64,000 bases of DNA from Thermoproteota archaeon (GCA_030550585.1 JAUQPB010000001.1:224001-288000); one strand, 5' to 3'. Shown: positions 40,289 to 50,978, counted from the first letter of the stretch. The notes: a model not told the origin generated them from the sequence alone. Numbers and translations: made by a program.

Positions 40289-42852
40289 ATATTGAAAAAT
40301 ATAACTACTTTTTTCCCGCTTTGCCGTTAGTTCTTATCATTTTATTGCATGTAGGCGTTTTTTATCTTTATAATAGTTTTATCGTAGATTACAATAGCTT
40401 GTTTTCTTCGCGAAAAATACATTTGATAATAGGTTATTCTGGTGATATAGAGAAAAACGTGTTCACTAATTTGTCTAAGGATATCGTTTCTTTGGCAAGC
40501 GAATATGGTAGTAAAGGAATACTGCTCTTTGGCTACATAGGCTGGCTTATAGGCGTTGAAGCGGAGATAAATGATTCACGCTCACTTGTACTCTTCCCAG
40601 ACCAGTTCTTCCATCTATGGCTAGCTAACTTTGGAAAGCCCTCGTGGCTAGACTATATAGAAAAACACTATGGATACGAAAATACATTCTACTTGATCTA
40701 CTTATCCGAATCTGAGAATAGAACTGAAGTCTATAGAGCTTTGCTCTCGATACCTGGGAGTGTTTCTAGTCAGAGCGTTATGGTTGTGAAAACAAACGTT
40801 GATGATTTAAAGGAGATGTTCCCGAGTATTTTGTATGGACGTGGCGATGTCTACTTGTTTCTACCAGTTTCCGCGCCTGCTACAGAGCTGTATCGGCAAA
40901 TAATGCTAGATGTATCCGCTGTAAATAGTGAAAAACCTAAATCCATACTTTACTTGTTCATGTTTGCATTCTCAACGCATACGAATAATGGGCAAATACT
41001 AATCGATCCTGAAGCCATAAGATCATTCCTTAGTAACGCATCACGTATAACAGCCAGATACGGATATAACCCTGTGATAATCGACCGTGTATCGCAAAAG
41101 CTACAGTCTTATATATTATCTCTTCAGACCATGCTTATTGTCTACACCATTGTGTTTTTAGCGTTTTCTGTAGCTATACTCGCATATACGTACCTAGTTT
41201 ACCGCTCAAAGTGGCTACCAAGCTACTACAAGTACATACGATTGATTTCAAGTATGGGATATTCTCCAAAACACATTAAGAAGAAGGCATTACTTTCTAC
41301 GATAACAGTGTTGACAGCTACTATCTTATCGATTTTCGCCACGTATAACACGTTGCTTAGAAAAATCGCGTTCTACGAATACAACTCTGCTATCCTGCCC
41401 ATATTAATAGCAATATCCTTGACAATTGTACTATACAGTTTATTCCTCTATAAAGCATTAGCTGACACAATAAAGTATGGATCAACTGGTTCTTCAACTA
41501 AAATTAAGTTCCTTCTGTTTACAGTACCACTTTTCCTAGTGTTCTTACTAAGATCATACCATATAACTGGTGTTGTTGTAAGGATATTCGGTGCCGCTAT
41601 TCTATTAAATCTCGCTTTATTGTTTATCCTGCTACTGGTATACGACAATAGATTCTTCAGTAGACTTATATACAGGACTGCTAGGGTTTCAAGCATTGCA
41701 AGCGCAACATTCTTAACCACAATAGTATTTTTCTCTGCCCTGTCCCCTGTTATCGGTACATATACACTCACGATCGGTTCGGAAGAGTTAATCAGGTTTT
41801 ACTTTCCTTTAGACAAGGGTATCGACAGGGTACTGATTATACCAAGTCATACGAGTCTGGGAGATCTTGCTGGTTTAGAGGAGAATTTGGAGTCTAGCAA
41901 ATGGTACCTCACAACAGAGTTACATATACAAAGAATTGATGATAAAGAGTTTATACAGATAAAAATAGAGAAAGATGCTGGTCGCTTCATTGCTGAAATG
42001 ACCTTTAAGATGAAGATTCCACTAATCATTGTTTCCGATGAATTAATGGATTCACTTGGCTATAAAGACTACAATTACCTTTTATTTGTATCCCGGTACT
42101 CGCCATATGCTGACGAGCTATCCAAGCTTATAAACGGCAAAGATTATGTAAATGTCTCGCTGATTCCCATTGAATCTCCACTGTGGGAATATCCGGTAAT
42201 CGACATAGTTGTTGAAAGAGGAACTCTTGTTAATACCGGTTTTCCCCTATGGATAATAGAATACAATCCCGAGGGAGAATCGATAGAGTCATACACTGCT
42301 CTAATGGATTACTTTAATAATGCTTTCGTTGTTAGAGATAGCTACTTCAAAGAAAAGCTGGGTGCGAATTTATCTTCGTGGTATGTAGAGATTATAGGTG
42401 TAGTTAACCCCCGTTATATTTGTGAGGGGAGTTTCGTGGTTGACTACAGGGCTTTGGCGAAGAGTTTTGCAGAGGAGCTTGGTGGCTTAACACCTAGCAT
42501 TATACCTCTACTCTTCATACTGAGTTTTCTGTTGATGTTGCTTGCCAGCTACCTTTACTATCACGATATAAATATGGTTATTCAGAAGAAAGTAAAACTC
42601 TTGATATCGCATGGGGTTACTGGTAGGGATATCGTTAAAGGAGAGCTTCTAGGCAATATAATTGGTGCTGCCATAGCGTTCTCCATTGTGGTTGGGTATG
42701 TGTATAGTGTTGGGAGAGCAATATTGTTCCCCATATTGAATACCTTTACCTTGTTTTTAATCATATCTATTGCTCTATCTATTTTTGTCTTGGGTATAGC
42801 ATTCTGTTTGAAAACAACCACTAGGCTGATTAAAACCGTGTCAGGTGGTTAG
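40285..42852 (+). CDS. FtsX/MacB-like duplicated ABC permease
   Basis: Two extracellular domains each followed by a TM bundle; ISSMGYS and LISHGVT FtsX-like motifs. Confidence 0.7.
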   Translation: MNIEKYNYFFPALPLVLIILLHVGVFYLYNSFIVDYNSLFSSRKIHLIIGYSGDIEKNVFTNLSKDIVSLASEYGSKGILLFGYIGWLIGVEAEINDSRSLVLFPDQFFHLWLANFGKPSWLDYIEKHYGYENTFYLIYLSESENRTEVYRALLSIPGSVSSQSVMVVKTNVDDLKEMFPSILYGRGDVYLFLPVSAPATELYRQIMLDVSAVNSEKPKSILYLFMFAFSTHTNNGQILIDPEAIRSFLSNASRITARYGYNPVIIDRVSQKLQSYILSLQTMLIVYTIVFLAFSVAILAYTYLVYRSKWLPSYYKYIRLISSMGYSPKHIKKKALLSTITVLTATILSIFATYNTLLRKIAFYEYNSAILPILIAISLTIVLYSLFLYKALADTIKYGSTGSSTKIKFLLFTVPLFLVFLLRSYHITGVVVRIFGAAILLNLALLFILLLVYDNRFFSRLIYRTARVSSIASATFLTTIVFFSALSPVIGTYTLTIGSEELIRFYFPLDKGIDRVLIIPSHTSLGDLAGLEENLESSKWYLTTELHIQRIDDKEFIQIKIEKDAGRFIAEMTFKMKIPLIIVSDELMDSLGYKDYNYLLFVSRYSPYADELSKLINGKDYVNVSLIPIESPLWEYPVIDIVVERGTLVNTGFPLWIIEYNPEGESIESYTALMDYFNNAFVVRDSYFKEKLGANLSSWYVEIIGVVNPRYICEGSFVVDYRALAKSFAEELGGLTPSIIPLLFILSFLLMLLASYLYYHDINMVIQKKVKLLISHGVTGRDIVKGELLGNIIGAAIAFSIVVGYVYSVGRAILFPILNTFTLFLIISIALSIFVLGIAFCLKTTTRLIKTVSGG

Positions 42853-42854
42853 GT

Positions 42855-43562
42855 ATGAGTAAAAGGGAGTCACCCATAGTTAGAATCGCCAGCATAAAAC
42901 TCGAGAATATAACTGTAAGGTACCCTAGAAATGTTGAGGCATTAAAGTTGCTATCTCTCGTCTTCGAGCCAGGGATATACATATTAGTAGGGCCTAATGG
43001 TAGCGGGAAGACAACATTACTAGATGTTGTTGCCGGTATTCGAAAGCCTTCTGTAGGGAGGGTTGTGGTTAACGACACAATCAATCTTTATGGACTGGAT
43101 GAAGAGACTCGAGCAAGTATAAGGAGAGAAACAATAGCATATATGCTCCAAGAAGATATTTTCCTCGATCACCTGAACGTAATTGAGAACTTGAAATTCT
43201 TTTTCAAGACCATAGATGAGAATGAAGTAATGACACTCATGAAGAAATTAGGGGTAGAGTCGCTTGCCAACCGCTACCCAGCCACCTTAAGCGGTGGTGA
43301 AAAACGAAAAATCAGCTTCATAAGAACCTACCTAAAAGCTGTTAATTCATCGCTAATATTGTTAGACGAACCAACTTCTCATATAGATGCAGATAGTGTT
43401 AATGTAATCAAAGATATGATACTTAAGCTTTGGGAATACGATAAAAAGAAAATTATTATAATAGCTACACACGATCTTGAACTAAAGAGCATTGCACACA
43501 TACTTATAGAATTAAGAGCTGGACACCTCGAAAAAGTAGAAAAAATAGCAAATACAACCTAG
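42855..43562 (+). CDS. LolD/MacB-type ABC ATPase
   Basis: GPNGSGKTT, LSGGE, LLDEPT and ATHD. Confidence 0.93.
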   Translation: MSKRESPIVRIASIKLENITVRYPRNVEALKLLSLVFEPGIYILVGPNGSGKTTLLDVVAGIRKPSVGRVVVNDTINLYGLDEETRASIRRETIAYMLQEDIFLDHLNVIENLKFFFKTIDENEVMTLMKKLGVESLANRYPATLSGGEKRKISFIRTYLKAVNSSLILLDEPTSHIDADSVNVIKDMILKLWEYDKKKIIIIATHDLELKSIAHILIELRAGHLEKVEKIANTT

Positions 43563-43614
43563 CCTCATCCTCATCCCAAAGAGCTGGATCCCCATAGAGC
43601 AAGGAGATTTTGAG

Positions 43615-43800
43615 GAGTTTACATTCTCAGCACATACCATGTTAAGCCCCTACCTCACCTAGGGCAGATCCAAAGTTATGGACATCTTCTTTGGGAGCAT
43701 GATACATGCTGTACACATCCTCGACATGCTCACCTCATCTGCATATTTAACCTCTATCCCATACTTCTCCACAATCTTTTTCAGCCTCCCCACACCTCTT
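43615..43800 (-). pseudogene. tnpB (IS200/IS605 OrfB) C-terminal remnant
   Basis: EKYGIEVKYADEVSMSRMCTAC, then frameshifted LWICPR*G. Confidence 0.5.
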
Positions 43801-44684
43801 AATCCTCACACAAACTTCTTCTCCCTCTTACAGCTCCAGAAACTCCAAGGACTTTAAAACATCCTTCTCCTGCGAACATTATATATTATGCGTGTTGAGA
43901 ATAATGTGGTTTAGCGTCATTTGCTTTCAAGTTTTATCCTCTAATAATAGGTCTATACGACAATGGACTAAAATTTATTAACTAAACCAGAAAAGCTTGT
44001 GAATGAGACTGTGTTTGGAATAAAATGCCTGATGAGGGTGGGGCTCTACGGATTTGGTCCATGCTTTGTTGCGTTCCCTCATTGTTACTGTGGTTGTTGT
44101 CAGCGTCTATGTTCTTGGTGCTGTTCGCCGGAGTAAGCCTAAGGTCTGTAGTTCAGTAGTGTTCTACAAGCTGGATGAGTCGGGTAACTTAACCAGAGCC
44201 ACTCCCGAGTCTCTTGAAATCCCACTAGAAAGGTTGAAGGCGATACAGGAAGAGCTCACTAAGAAGCTTCAGCATCAAAACTGCTTAGCAAGAAATACAT
44301 AGCCCTTGTCGCCATAACAACATTTACTTCAATGCTAATATTCAATCTTCTGATAATTAAATAAATTTTCAAAATACAAAACTATTTTTGTTTAAAAATC
44401 AACTCAGTGAGGATTTGTGGCACTGTCTTTTAGAGTTAACCAAGCCCACCGCTTCTCTAGCTTATTGCCAAGCCAGCGGTCTTTAACAATGTAACGGCTA
44501 TATTACACCCGTGATATTGTATGAGCCTCTAACATTTGGTTTGCTAGCCAAGCCTTTTTGTAGTCTATAACAATTGTGCTCGTGGTGGCCGGGCATACTG
44601 TAGCTACAAAAATATAAGCTTTCTATCGAAGATTATATGGATAGCATCTCATATAGATTAAAGATGTAGTTTAGTTGATGTAGG

Positions 44685-45545
44685 ATGAGTAGCATAGTAG
44701 ATGCTGAGTATCTAAAGAAGGAAATTCTCAAGCTTTTGAGGGAGGATGAGGAGTTTCGACTAGCTGTTGCTGGTCTTATTGGCTTTGGGGAGGTTTTGAA
44801 GAGGCTTGATAGGCATGAGGAGGAGTTGAAGAGGCTTAGAGAAGACTTTCTTGTTTTTGTAAAGGAGCAGGAGAGGAAATGGGAGGAGAATAATAGGAGA
44901 TGGGAAGAGAACAGCAAAAGGTGGGAAGAGGCTTACAGGAGGTTCGAGAGTATAGAGCTAGAGCTGAAAAAGCTTAGGGAAGACTTTAACAAATTCGTCG
45001 AGCTAGAAGAAAAGAGGTGGGAGGAGAACAATAGAAGATGGGAAGAGAATAATAAGAGATGGGAGGAAAATAACCGAAGATGGGAGGAGGCGTACAAGAG
45101 GTTTGAAGCAATTGAGCGGAGGTTAGAAGAGCATACGAAGATAATTATGGAGCTGGTTAGCAGAGTTGAGTCTCTAGAGCATAGGGTTAGCAATATTGAG
45201 CTTGCTTTGGGGGCTTTGACAGAGGCTTCTATTGCTAGATATCTATATGAGGATCTGGTTGAGGAACTTAGTGCTAGAGGAGAGAAGGTGTTGCATAGGA
45301 TAAGGAATCACAGAGTTGATAACATCGACATAGACTTGTTTATCGAGACAGACAAGACTGTCTATGTGGTAGAGATCAAGGTTAAGCCGAGGTACAGCGA
45401 TGTCGGGTCGCTTATAGCTAAGGTAGACGTTGTCAAGTCCAAATATCCAAACAAAAATGTTGTCGGGATTCTGGCAGCTACATTGAATGGCAGAGAAGTT
45501 GAGGAATATGCTAAGCAGAAAGGAGTAGATGTGTACAGATTCTGA
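44685..45545 (+). CDS. coiled-coil heptad-repeat protein with C-terminal PD-(D/E)xK nuclease-like domain (DUF3782-like)
   Basis: LLREDEEFRLAVAG, repeated (RWEENNR)n, DIDLFI..VVEIK. Confidence 0.85.
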   Translation: MSSIVDAEYLKKEILKLLREDEEFRLAVAGLIGFGEVLKRLDRHEEELKRLREDFLVFVKEQERKWEENNRRWEENSKRWEEAYRRFESIELELKKLREDFNKFVELEEKRWEENNRRWEENNKRWEENNRRWEEAYKRFEAIERRLEEHTKIIMELVSRVESLEHRVSNIELALGALTEASIARYLYEDLVEELSARGEKVLHRIRNHRVDNIDIDLFIETDKTVYVVEIKVKPRYSDVGSLIAKVDVVKSKYPNKNVVGILAATLNGREVEEYAKQKGVDVYRF

Positions 45546-45732
45546 TACAGCTACACAAGTTCTGTCCCTGATGGCTGTATAGAGCCATAGCCTTTGGTGG
45601 ACAATAAACGTTCAACGTAATAATGCTAACCTTATAGAGGTTCTGTTGCCAACATAAGCTACCTCCCATGTCAAGAAATTCTTCGAAAATCTGTTTGTGA
45701 CAACATTTAATGGGTAGAAGATCTGATTATCT

Positions 45733-46080
45733 CTAGTCTATTCTCAGCACATATCCCCCTGATCTCTCTATGAATCGCTTGGCCTCCTCTGGACTTAGAA
45801 TGTGCATCTCGAATGGGTGATAGTATGGCAGATCCAGCCTCTCCTCTATAAAGGCTTTCAGCTTGGCTATCTCCATAGGTTTTTTCGGCACATATTCCGA
45901 CACTATCAGTATATCCACATCGCTTCCACCAACACTATCACCTCTAGCCACACTTCCAATGACATAGACTTCTGCATCTGAAATAACCTCCTTGGCCACC
46001 CCAGCTATTCTGAGAGCCCACAGCCTCCACTCGCTTACCAGTTTAGCACGCTTAGCTGAGGTATCCATAAACATGCTCAT
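45733..46080 (-). CDS. minimal nucleotidyltransferase (MNT antitoxin)
   Basis: VYVIGSVARGD..SDVDILIV, HPFEMH. Confidence 0.9.
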   Translation of the reverse strand: MSMFMDTSAKRAKLVSEWRLWALRIAGVAKEVISDAEVYVIGSVARGDSVGGSDVDILIVSEYVPKKPMEIAKLKAFIEERLDLPYYHPFEMHILSPEEAKRFIERSGGYVLRID

Positions 46081-46320
46081 TGCCTGCCACCCAGGATCTT
46101 TTTGAATAGAGACAGCACCTCATCTACAAGCCTTATCATATCCTATATACATCTCCCTTATCATACTCTCTAACACAGTATTTAGACACTGGATATATGT
46201 CTTCGAGAGCCAAAAGCCCAGTTTCCTGTAGAAAATCTCTTAGATGCTTAAATACACCATTCTCATGTCGGCTACCTTAAGAGATCAGAACTTGTTGAAG
46301 TGGAGCACTACTTGTGATAG
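46077..46320 (-). pseudogene. degraded HEPN gene upstream of the MNT
   Basis: LEDIYPVSKY..REY fragment, then frameshifted tail MIRLVDEVL..RQ whose stop overlaps the MNT ATG. Confidence 0.55.
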
Positions 46321-46382
46321 GATTCTTTATATTATCATCCCTATCCTAGCATGAAACGCGATGAGCAGTGGTGATGCTGGAC

Positions 46383-47090
46383 TCAAACCTTCATCTCACT
46401 TCTTCTAAACAATAGCATGAATAATATGTAGAAGCATAACATGGTAATGATGTCAATGAGTATGCCGTCAAAGTGGTTAAGTTGCACGAACCCTGGATAC
46501 GCTATGTCGTACCAATATGTTAGCATAGGATTGAAGATGTATGAAATGGCTGAGAGAGCTGGGTCAAGCCTCGTATTGAACATTATGTAGTTGCTGATTA
46601 TAATGCTTATTGATAGGGGGGCTATGAAAAGCGCTACTGCAGATGTTAATAGAGTCGCAATTCTGCTCTTGACCAGCGATAAAAGTATAGCCAGTCCAGT
46701 ATATAGATAAATAGATAGCACTAGATATGCTATTATCAAATGGTTTAGCGATGTTGTAGAAGAGAATAGATAGACTATGACAGACTGAAATACCGTGTAT
46801 GGAATCATATAGATTATTATAGAGACTAACTTTGCAATAGCTATATTCAGCCATCCTCCAAACATCGAAATTTCAAAAACTGTCATATCCCACGACCTAA
46901 CAACATGTGCCATCCCGGAGATCATATAGACTGGATTTAAGAAACATGTTATCAAGAGAATGAGCATAATCAACATGTTCATCCTTTCGTTGACCGGCAC
47001 CCCTAAGACGAAATAGTACAGCGATAACTCGATAAATAGCATTAGAAGAAAAAGGGGTATCAACAGCTTTGGTATGAACAGCCCTTTCAA
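46383..47090 (-). CDS. ABC-2-like permease
   Basis: About six TM helices, downstream of ABC ATPase. Confidence 0.75.
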   Translation of the reverse strand: MKGLFIPKLLIPLFLLMLFIELSLYYFVLGVPVNERMNMLIMLILLITCFLNPVYMISGMAHVVRSWDMTVFEISMFGGWLNIAIAKLVSIIIYMIPYTVFQSVIVYLFSSTTSLNHLIIAYLVLSIYLYTGLAILLSLVKSRIATLLTSAVALFIAPLSISIIISNYIMFNTRLDPALSAISYIFNPMLTYWYDIAYPGFVQLNHFDGILIDIITMLCFYILFMLLFRRSEMKV

Positions 47091-47097
47091 ATACCAT

Positions 47098-47913
47098 TTA
47101 ATCGCTAAAATATCTCCTCACCCCAAGTTTCTTGAAGCCTCTAATCCTGTTCTCATTAAGAAGCTCTAACAATTCTTCATAGCTGGATCTCACAATAGCG
47201 ACATAGCCTAGCTTAGAATATACACTAAGAGAGCTTGGTACACGGTACCTCAAATACACCTCATAAATATCTTCTCCGCCTATATCCTCTACCCTACCTT
47301 GCCACACAAGCTTCCCCTCTCTCAACATCACAAAGTAGTCACCAATCCACTCAGCTTCTTCGGGGAGATGAGTAGTTAGAACAACCTCAAGATCCCTTTC
47401 GAGAATATACTCGCCAATCAATTCAACATTTTTGACATCAAGATGTGAAAAAGGCTCGTCTAAAACCTTGATTCTGCTATCCCTGCATATCGCCTGCATC
47501 AACTGCACCAATTGCTTCTGCCCAGATGAGAGGTCGGGAAGAAACGTCTCAGCAAAATTCTTGACACCTATACGTTCCCAGAACAATTCGATGCAATCAC
47601 CATCACCATTTTCTCTAACAATCTTGTAGACATCCCTAACCCTTACGTTAACATCGAAACGAGGTCTCTCAAACGCTATAGTCATTTCCCGCGCAGCCTT
47701 TTCCCTCATCCTATAAGGTTCATATCCATTGATTTTTAGAACACCTTTAGAGGGGTGCAACAAACCATATAATATACTCAAGAGTGTGCTCTTGCCAGAG
47801 CCATTCTGACCAATTATAACAACCCTCTTAGCATCTATATTGAAACTGACATCCGCTAGAGCTGCCACCCTGCCGAAGTATTTTGATAGATTTTCTGCAT
47901 AGATATTCATCAT
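47098..47913 (-). CDS. ABC transporter ATP-binding protein
   Basis: GQNGSGKST, LSSGQ, VLDEPF and TTH. Confidence 0.92.
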   Translation of the reverse strand: MMNIYAENLSKYFGRVAALADVSFNIDAKRVVIIGQNGSGKSTLLSILYGLLHPSKGVLKINGYEPYRMREKAAREMTIAFERPRFDVNVRVRDVYKIVRENGDGDCIELFWERIGVKNFAETFLPDLSSGQKQLVQLMQAICRDSRIKVLDEPFSHLDVKNVELIGEYILERDLEVVLTTHLPEEAEWIGDYFVMLREGKLVWQGRVEDIGGEDIYEVYLRYRVPSSLSVYSKLGYVAIVRSSYEELLELLNENRIRGFKKLGVRRYFSD

Positions 47914-48797
47914 ATCCTCCTCCTATGCAACAGCACAAGGCCTATAAGACCTATAGCTATCAAAGCAATATTTAGTGGAAAGTATGTGACAGTAAAATCA
48001 AATAGTATTCTACCAAGCAAATCGTTTCTGACACGCAGATTAGTATCGCTAGTTCCCATGTAAAGTATCACATTGCTCAACTTGTCAATATGCTCTTCAA
48101 TCAGGTTCATAATGTCTGATTCGCCACTAAAAATCATTTTCAGTAGTTGAATGGCTATACTATCTATTGGAGCTTGAGTTTCTAAATAGAAAAACAGTGC
48201 TAATAGAAGATCCCCTTTTCCCAGTTCCCAGTACCCAAGCTCCACCACAGTTTTATTATCCTCAGATATTTTTTCCCCATGATAACCTATTGGTTTAAGA
48301 TAAAAAGTTGGGTTTAACAATGTTTCGAAATTGACTACATTTGGCGGAATCTTTTCCAGCTTGACAGCCATATGCGACACATTAACCGTGTCTACACCAG
48401 CTGGCAATACTAGCAATTTTGCCAACGGAGAATCTATAGATACGAGGCCCTCAGACCTCAGTTCTCTACTAAGAGTTGTTCCATTGAAAGGAAAGACTAT
48501 CCTAATGCTTGCCCTTGAATCATATTTTAGCGCAGATTTATTAACAGGTTCAAGACGTATCTTACAACTGTCTATAACTACTGTAGTCCTCCCCAAAGCA
48601 TCTGAAATGTTAACAAGAGCAAACATTCCACTTACACCATACTCGAGAAAAGTACCATTAGAAAATAGATCAACCTTCAAACGAGGGTTGACAACCAAAT
48701 AATATCTTATCGTCGGCAAAAAATTAATTAAAATTCCAAACAACAACAATATGATTAAAGCAACACTTCCAATTGTCCTTCCCATAGCCATAACCAT
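47910..48797 (-). CDS. membrane-anchored extracellular protein
   Basis: N- and C-terminal TM helices; HRRRI tail. Confidence 0.75.
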   Translation of the reverse strand: MVMAMGRTIGSVALIILLLFGILINFLPTIRYYLVVNPRLKVDLFSNGTFLEYGVSGMFALVNISDALGRTTVVIDSCKIRLEPVNKSALKYDSRASIRIVFPFNGTTLSRELRSEGLVSIDSPLAKLLVLPAGVDTVNVSHMAVKLEKIPPNVVNFETLLNPTFYLKPIGYHGEKISEDNKTVVELGYWELGKGDLLLALFFYLETQAPIDSIAIQLLKMIFSGESDIMNLIEEHIDKLSNVILYMGTSDTNLRVRNDLLGRILFDFTVTYFPLNIALIAIGLIGLVLLHRRRI

Positions 48798-48857
48798 ACA
48801 CCCAGATAAGCAACCGAGATAGTACTTTAATAAAAAATAAATACTTTTAAAACAATA

Positions 48858-49377
48858 TCATGATAGTACTAACTCGACAAGTGGTCCAAGATTAATGGCT
48901 ATATTTATTGTATCAGATTTTGCCCTGCCATTACCTGCCGTTCCTATAAACACTGTGTGTACATACACAGTAGTACCCCCGTAGTACTCTACGTAGTTAT
49001 ATAGATCACCTTCTAGACACCAGATTGGTGAGTATATCTTAAACCATATCTTTACCACACCATACGAGTTGCCTGGAGCTGTAGAATAGCTCCACCAAGG
49101 ATTGCCCCAGTCAGCATTCCAGAGCCATGCTGTAGGATAGGCTCCAAGAGAGCCAGCGGTAGCTCGTACAATTCTATTCTGATTTGTATCAATAGTTATG
49201 ACATGCCCTGCTATAGCATAACCTACTAAGACTCCGAACAAATTTCTGACTTCAAGCCTTGAGCGGTATTCTTTTTGGCTAACCATAGCCGTTACTGTGT
49301 TTGGAGCAACCATGCTAATTATCGATACTAGTACTAGTACTAGGGATACTATTTTTTAGAGCTGTTTTACATCTCAT
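48858..49377 (-). CDS. secreted W/Y/G-rich protein; signal peptide out of frame at an A6 run
   Basis: With A5 at 49352-49357 the gene reads MRCKTALKIVSLVLVLVSIISMVAPNTVTA into the 151-aa ORF. Confidence 0.65.
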
Positions 49378-49727
49378 TGCTTTCATCCACATTAGATTCC
49401 TGCATGTAGCCCCCTAAAAACTTTTCTATCATTGCTATGCTAGAATTAATTAGTACGCTATTCAAGAAGGTGTCTTGGTTGGAGGTAGGCTCTGGCATTG
49501 TTGTAACACAATAGTGGTTCGCGCATGGGTTAGTGAAAACTGTGGGGTTTAGACACACTTTAAAATTGTGGATGGTTATAATGGATTGAGAGCCTCTGCT
49601 TCTAACCTTTGTATTGGATTTGGCTTGCAAGTTGCCTGTATCTATAGAAGAATATATAGGTAGTGCTGTAGGCGATGTTGATAAGTGTTTCCCTGTCAGT
49701 TTTTTAGCTGTGTAGGGCAATCTATTT

Positions 49728-50978
49728 TTGTGTTATGTAATGTGGAACAGAGTTAGTGCTAGGCTTTGTATTGTTTGCAAGGGGCACAAGCTTTTGTGTG
49801 GGTTGTCTAGGTGTCCTCTTCTGTCTGCTTATTCTAAGAGGGTTTCTATTGCAGAGAAGTTGGAGGGTAGTGTGTTGGGTGGGTCTACCCCGCCGACTGC
49901 TGTTGTGGGGGAGTTTGGCTATCCGCATGTCACGGTGTATGTTGGTGTTCCACCAGATGTCTATGGGGATGAGGCCAAGTTTTATGATGACCCCCAGTCG
50001 TGGCATCTTAGGCTTGGTCTAGAGGATATTGTTGAGCTTAGAAGCGGTCTGGCTATGCTCACTTTGCCAAGGGTTTTGGTAACAGATGTTAACAGGCTTT
50101 ACGATAGTGAGATAGGGCTTGCTGTAGTGTCTTCGAGGCCTGTTGATGCCGAGGCTAGGGTTAGGAAGAGGCTTAGCCCTGTTGTCAGCTTCGACTATCT
50201 CCTCCCTCCAATGGGTCCAAAGCTACAGGTGGAGACTATAAACATTGTTGGCTCTGCCAAAATGCCTAGGAAGCTAGAGGAGATTATATTCGACGATGCT
50301 AAGGCTTCAGAGGCTATCGCAGAGCTCTACAGGTCTGGGGTAGAGTTCTACACAATTGTTAGAGCACTGTCAATAGGGTTTCTAGGCAGGAAATCGTCTA
50401 GAAAGTTGGTGCCAACAAGATGGGCTATAACAGCTGTCGACACAGCTATAGGCAATATGCTGCTTGAGCGTATAAGAAGCTGTCAAATGGTGTCCGAGAC
50501 CATGGTGTTTTACTCAGAGTATCTATACAACAAATACATAGTTGTTCTATCGCCAGGGTCATACAAAGCGCAGTGGATAGAGGTCTGGCATCCAAAAGCC
50601 GTCTACAACCCGAGCAATGCAATAGACTATCTAGAGATTAGAGAGGTTGTCCCAGGCAAGTTCACAGACATGGACGGGGGATACATAGCAGCCAGAACAA
50701 GCGTTCTAGAATATCTCCATAAAATTGGCAGACAGGCTAGAGTATCTATCCTAAGAGAGATACTACCACAATATATATACCCCGTTGGAAACTGGCAAAT
50801 AAGACAAACAGTTGCACACGCCTTGAACAAAGGACCAATACTCACAAGCCCCTCAGAACAAGAACTAAGAGAATTCATAGCAAGAAAGACCTCCATACCG
50901 CAGCCAATCATAGAAAAAGCCATAGAATTCATATACGAAAAGAAGACAAAGACCCTCGATACATGGTTCAAACACTAG
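49728..50978 (+). CDS. nreA: DNA repair protein Nre (DUF650/DUF651)
   Basis: LCIVCKG..LCG..RCP, GSTPP..VGEFGYP, LVPTRWAITAVD, PVGNWQIR and C-terminal PIP-like KTLDTWF. Confidence 0.93.
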   Translation: MCYVMWNRVSARLCIVCKGHKLLCGLSRCPLLSAYSKRVSIAEKLEGSVLGGSTPPTAVVGEFGYPHVTVYVGVPPDVYGDEAKFYDDPQSWHLRLGLEDIVELRSGLAMLTLPRVLVTDVNRLYDSEIGLAVVSSRPVDAEARVRKRLSPVVSFDYLLPPMGPKLQVETINIVGSAKMPRKLEEIIFDDAKASEAIAELYRSGVEFYTIVRALSIGFLGRKSSRKLVPTRWAITAVDTAIGNMLLERIRSCQMVSETMVFYSEYLYNKYIVVLSPGSYKAQWIEVWHPKAVYNPSNAIDYLEIREVVPGKFTDMDGGYIAARTSVLEYLHKIGRQARVSILREILPQYIYPVGNWQIRQTVAHALNKGPILTSPSEQELREFIARKTSIPQPIIEKAIEFIYEKKTKTLDTWFKH

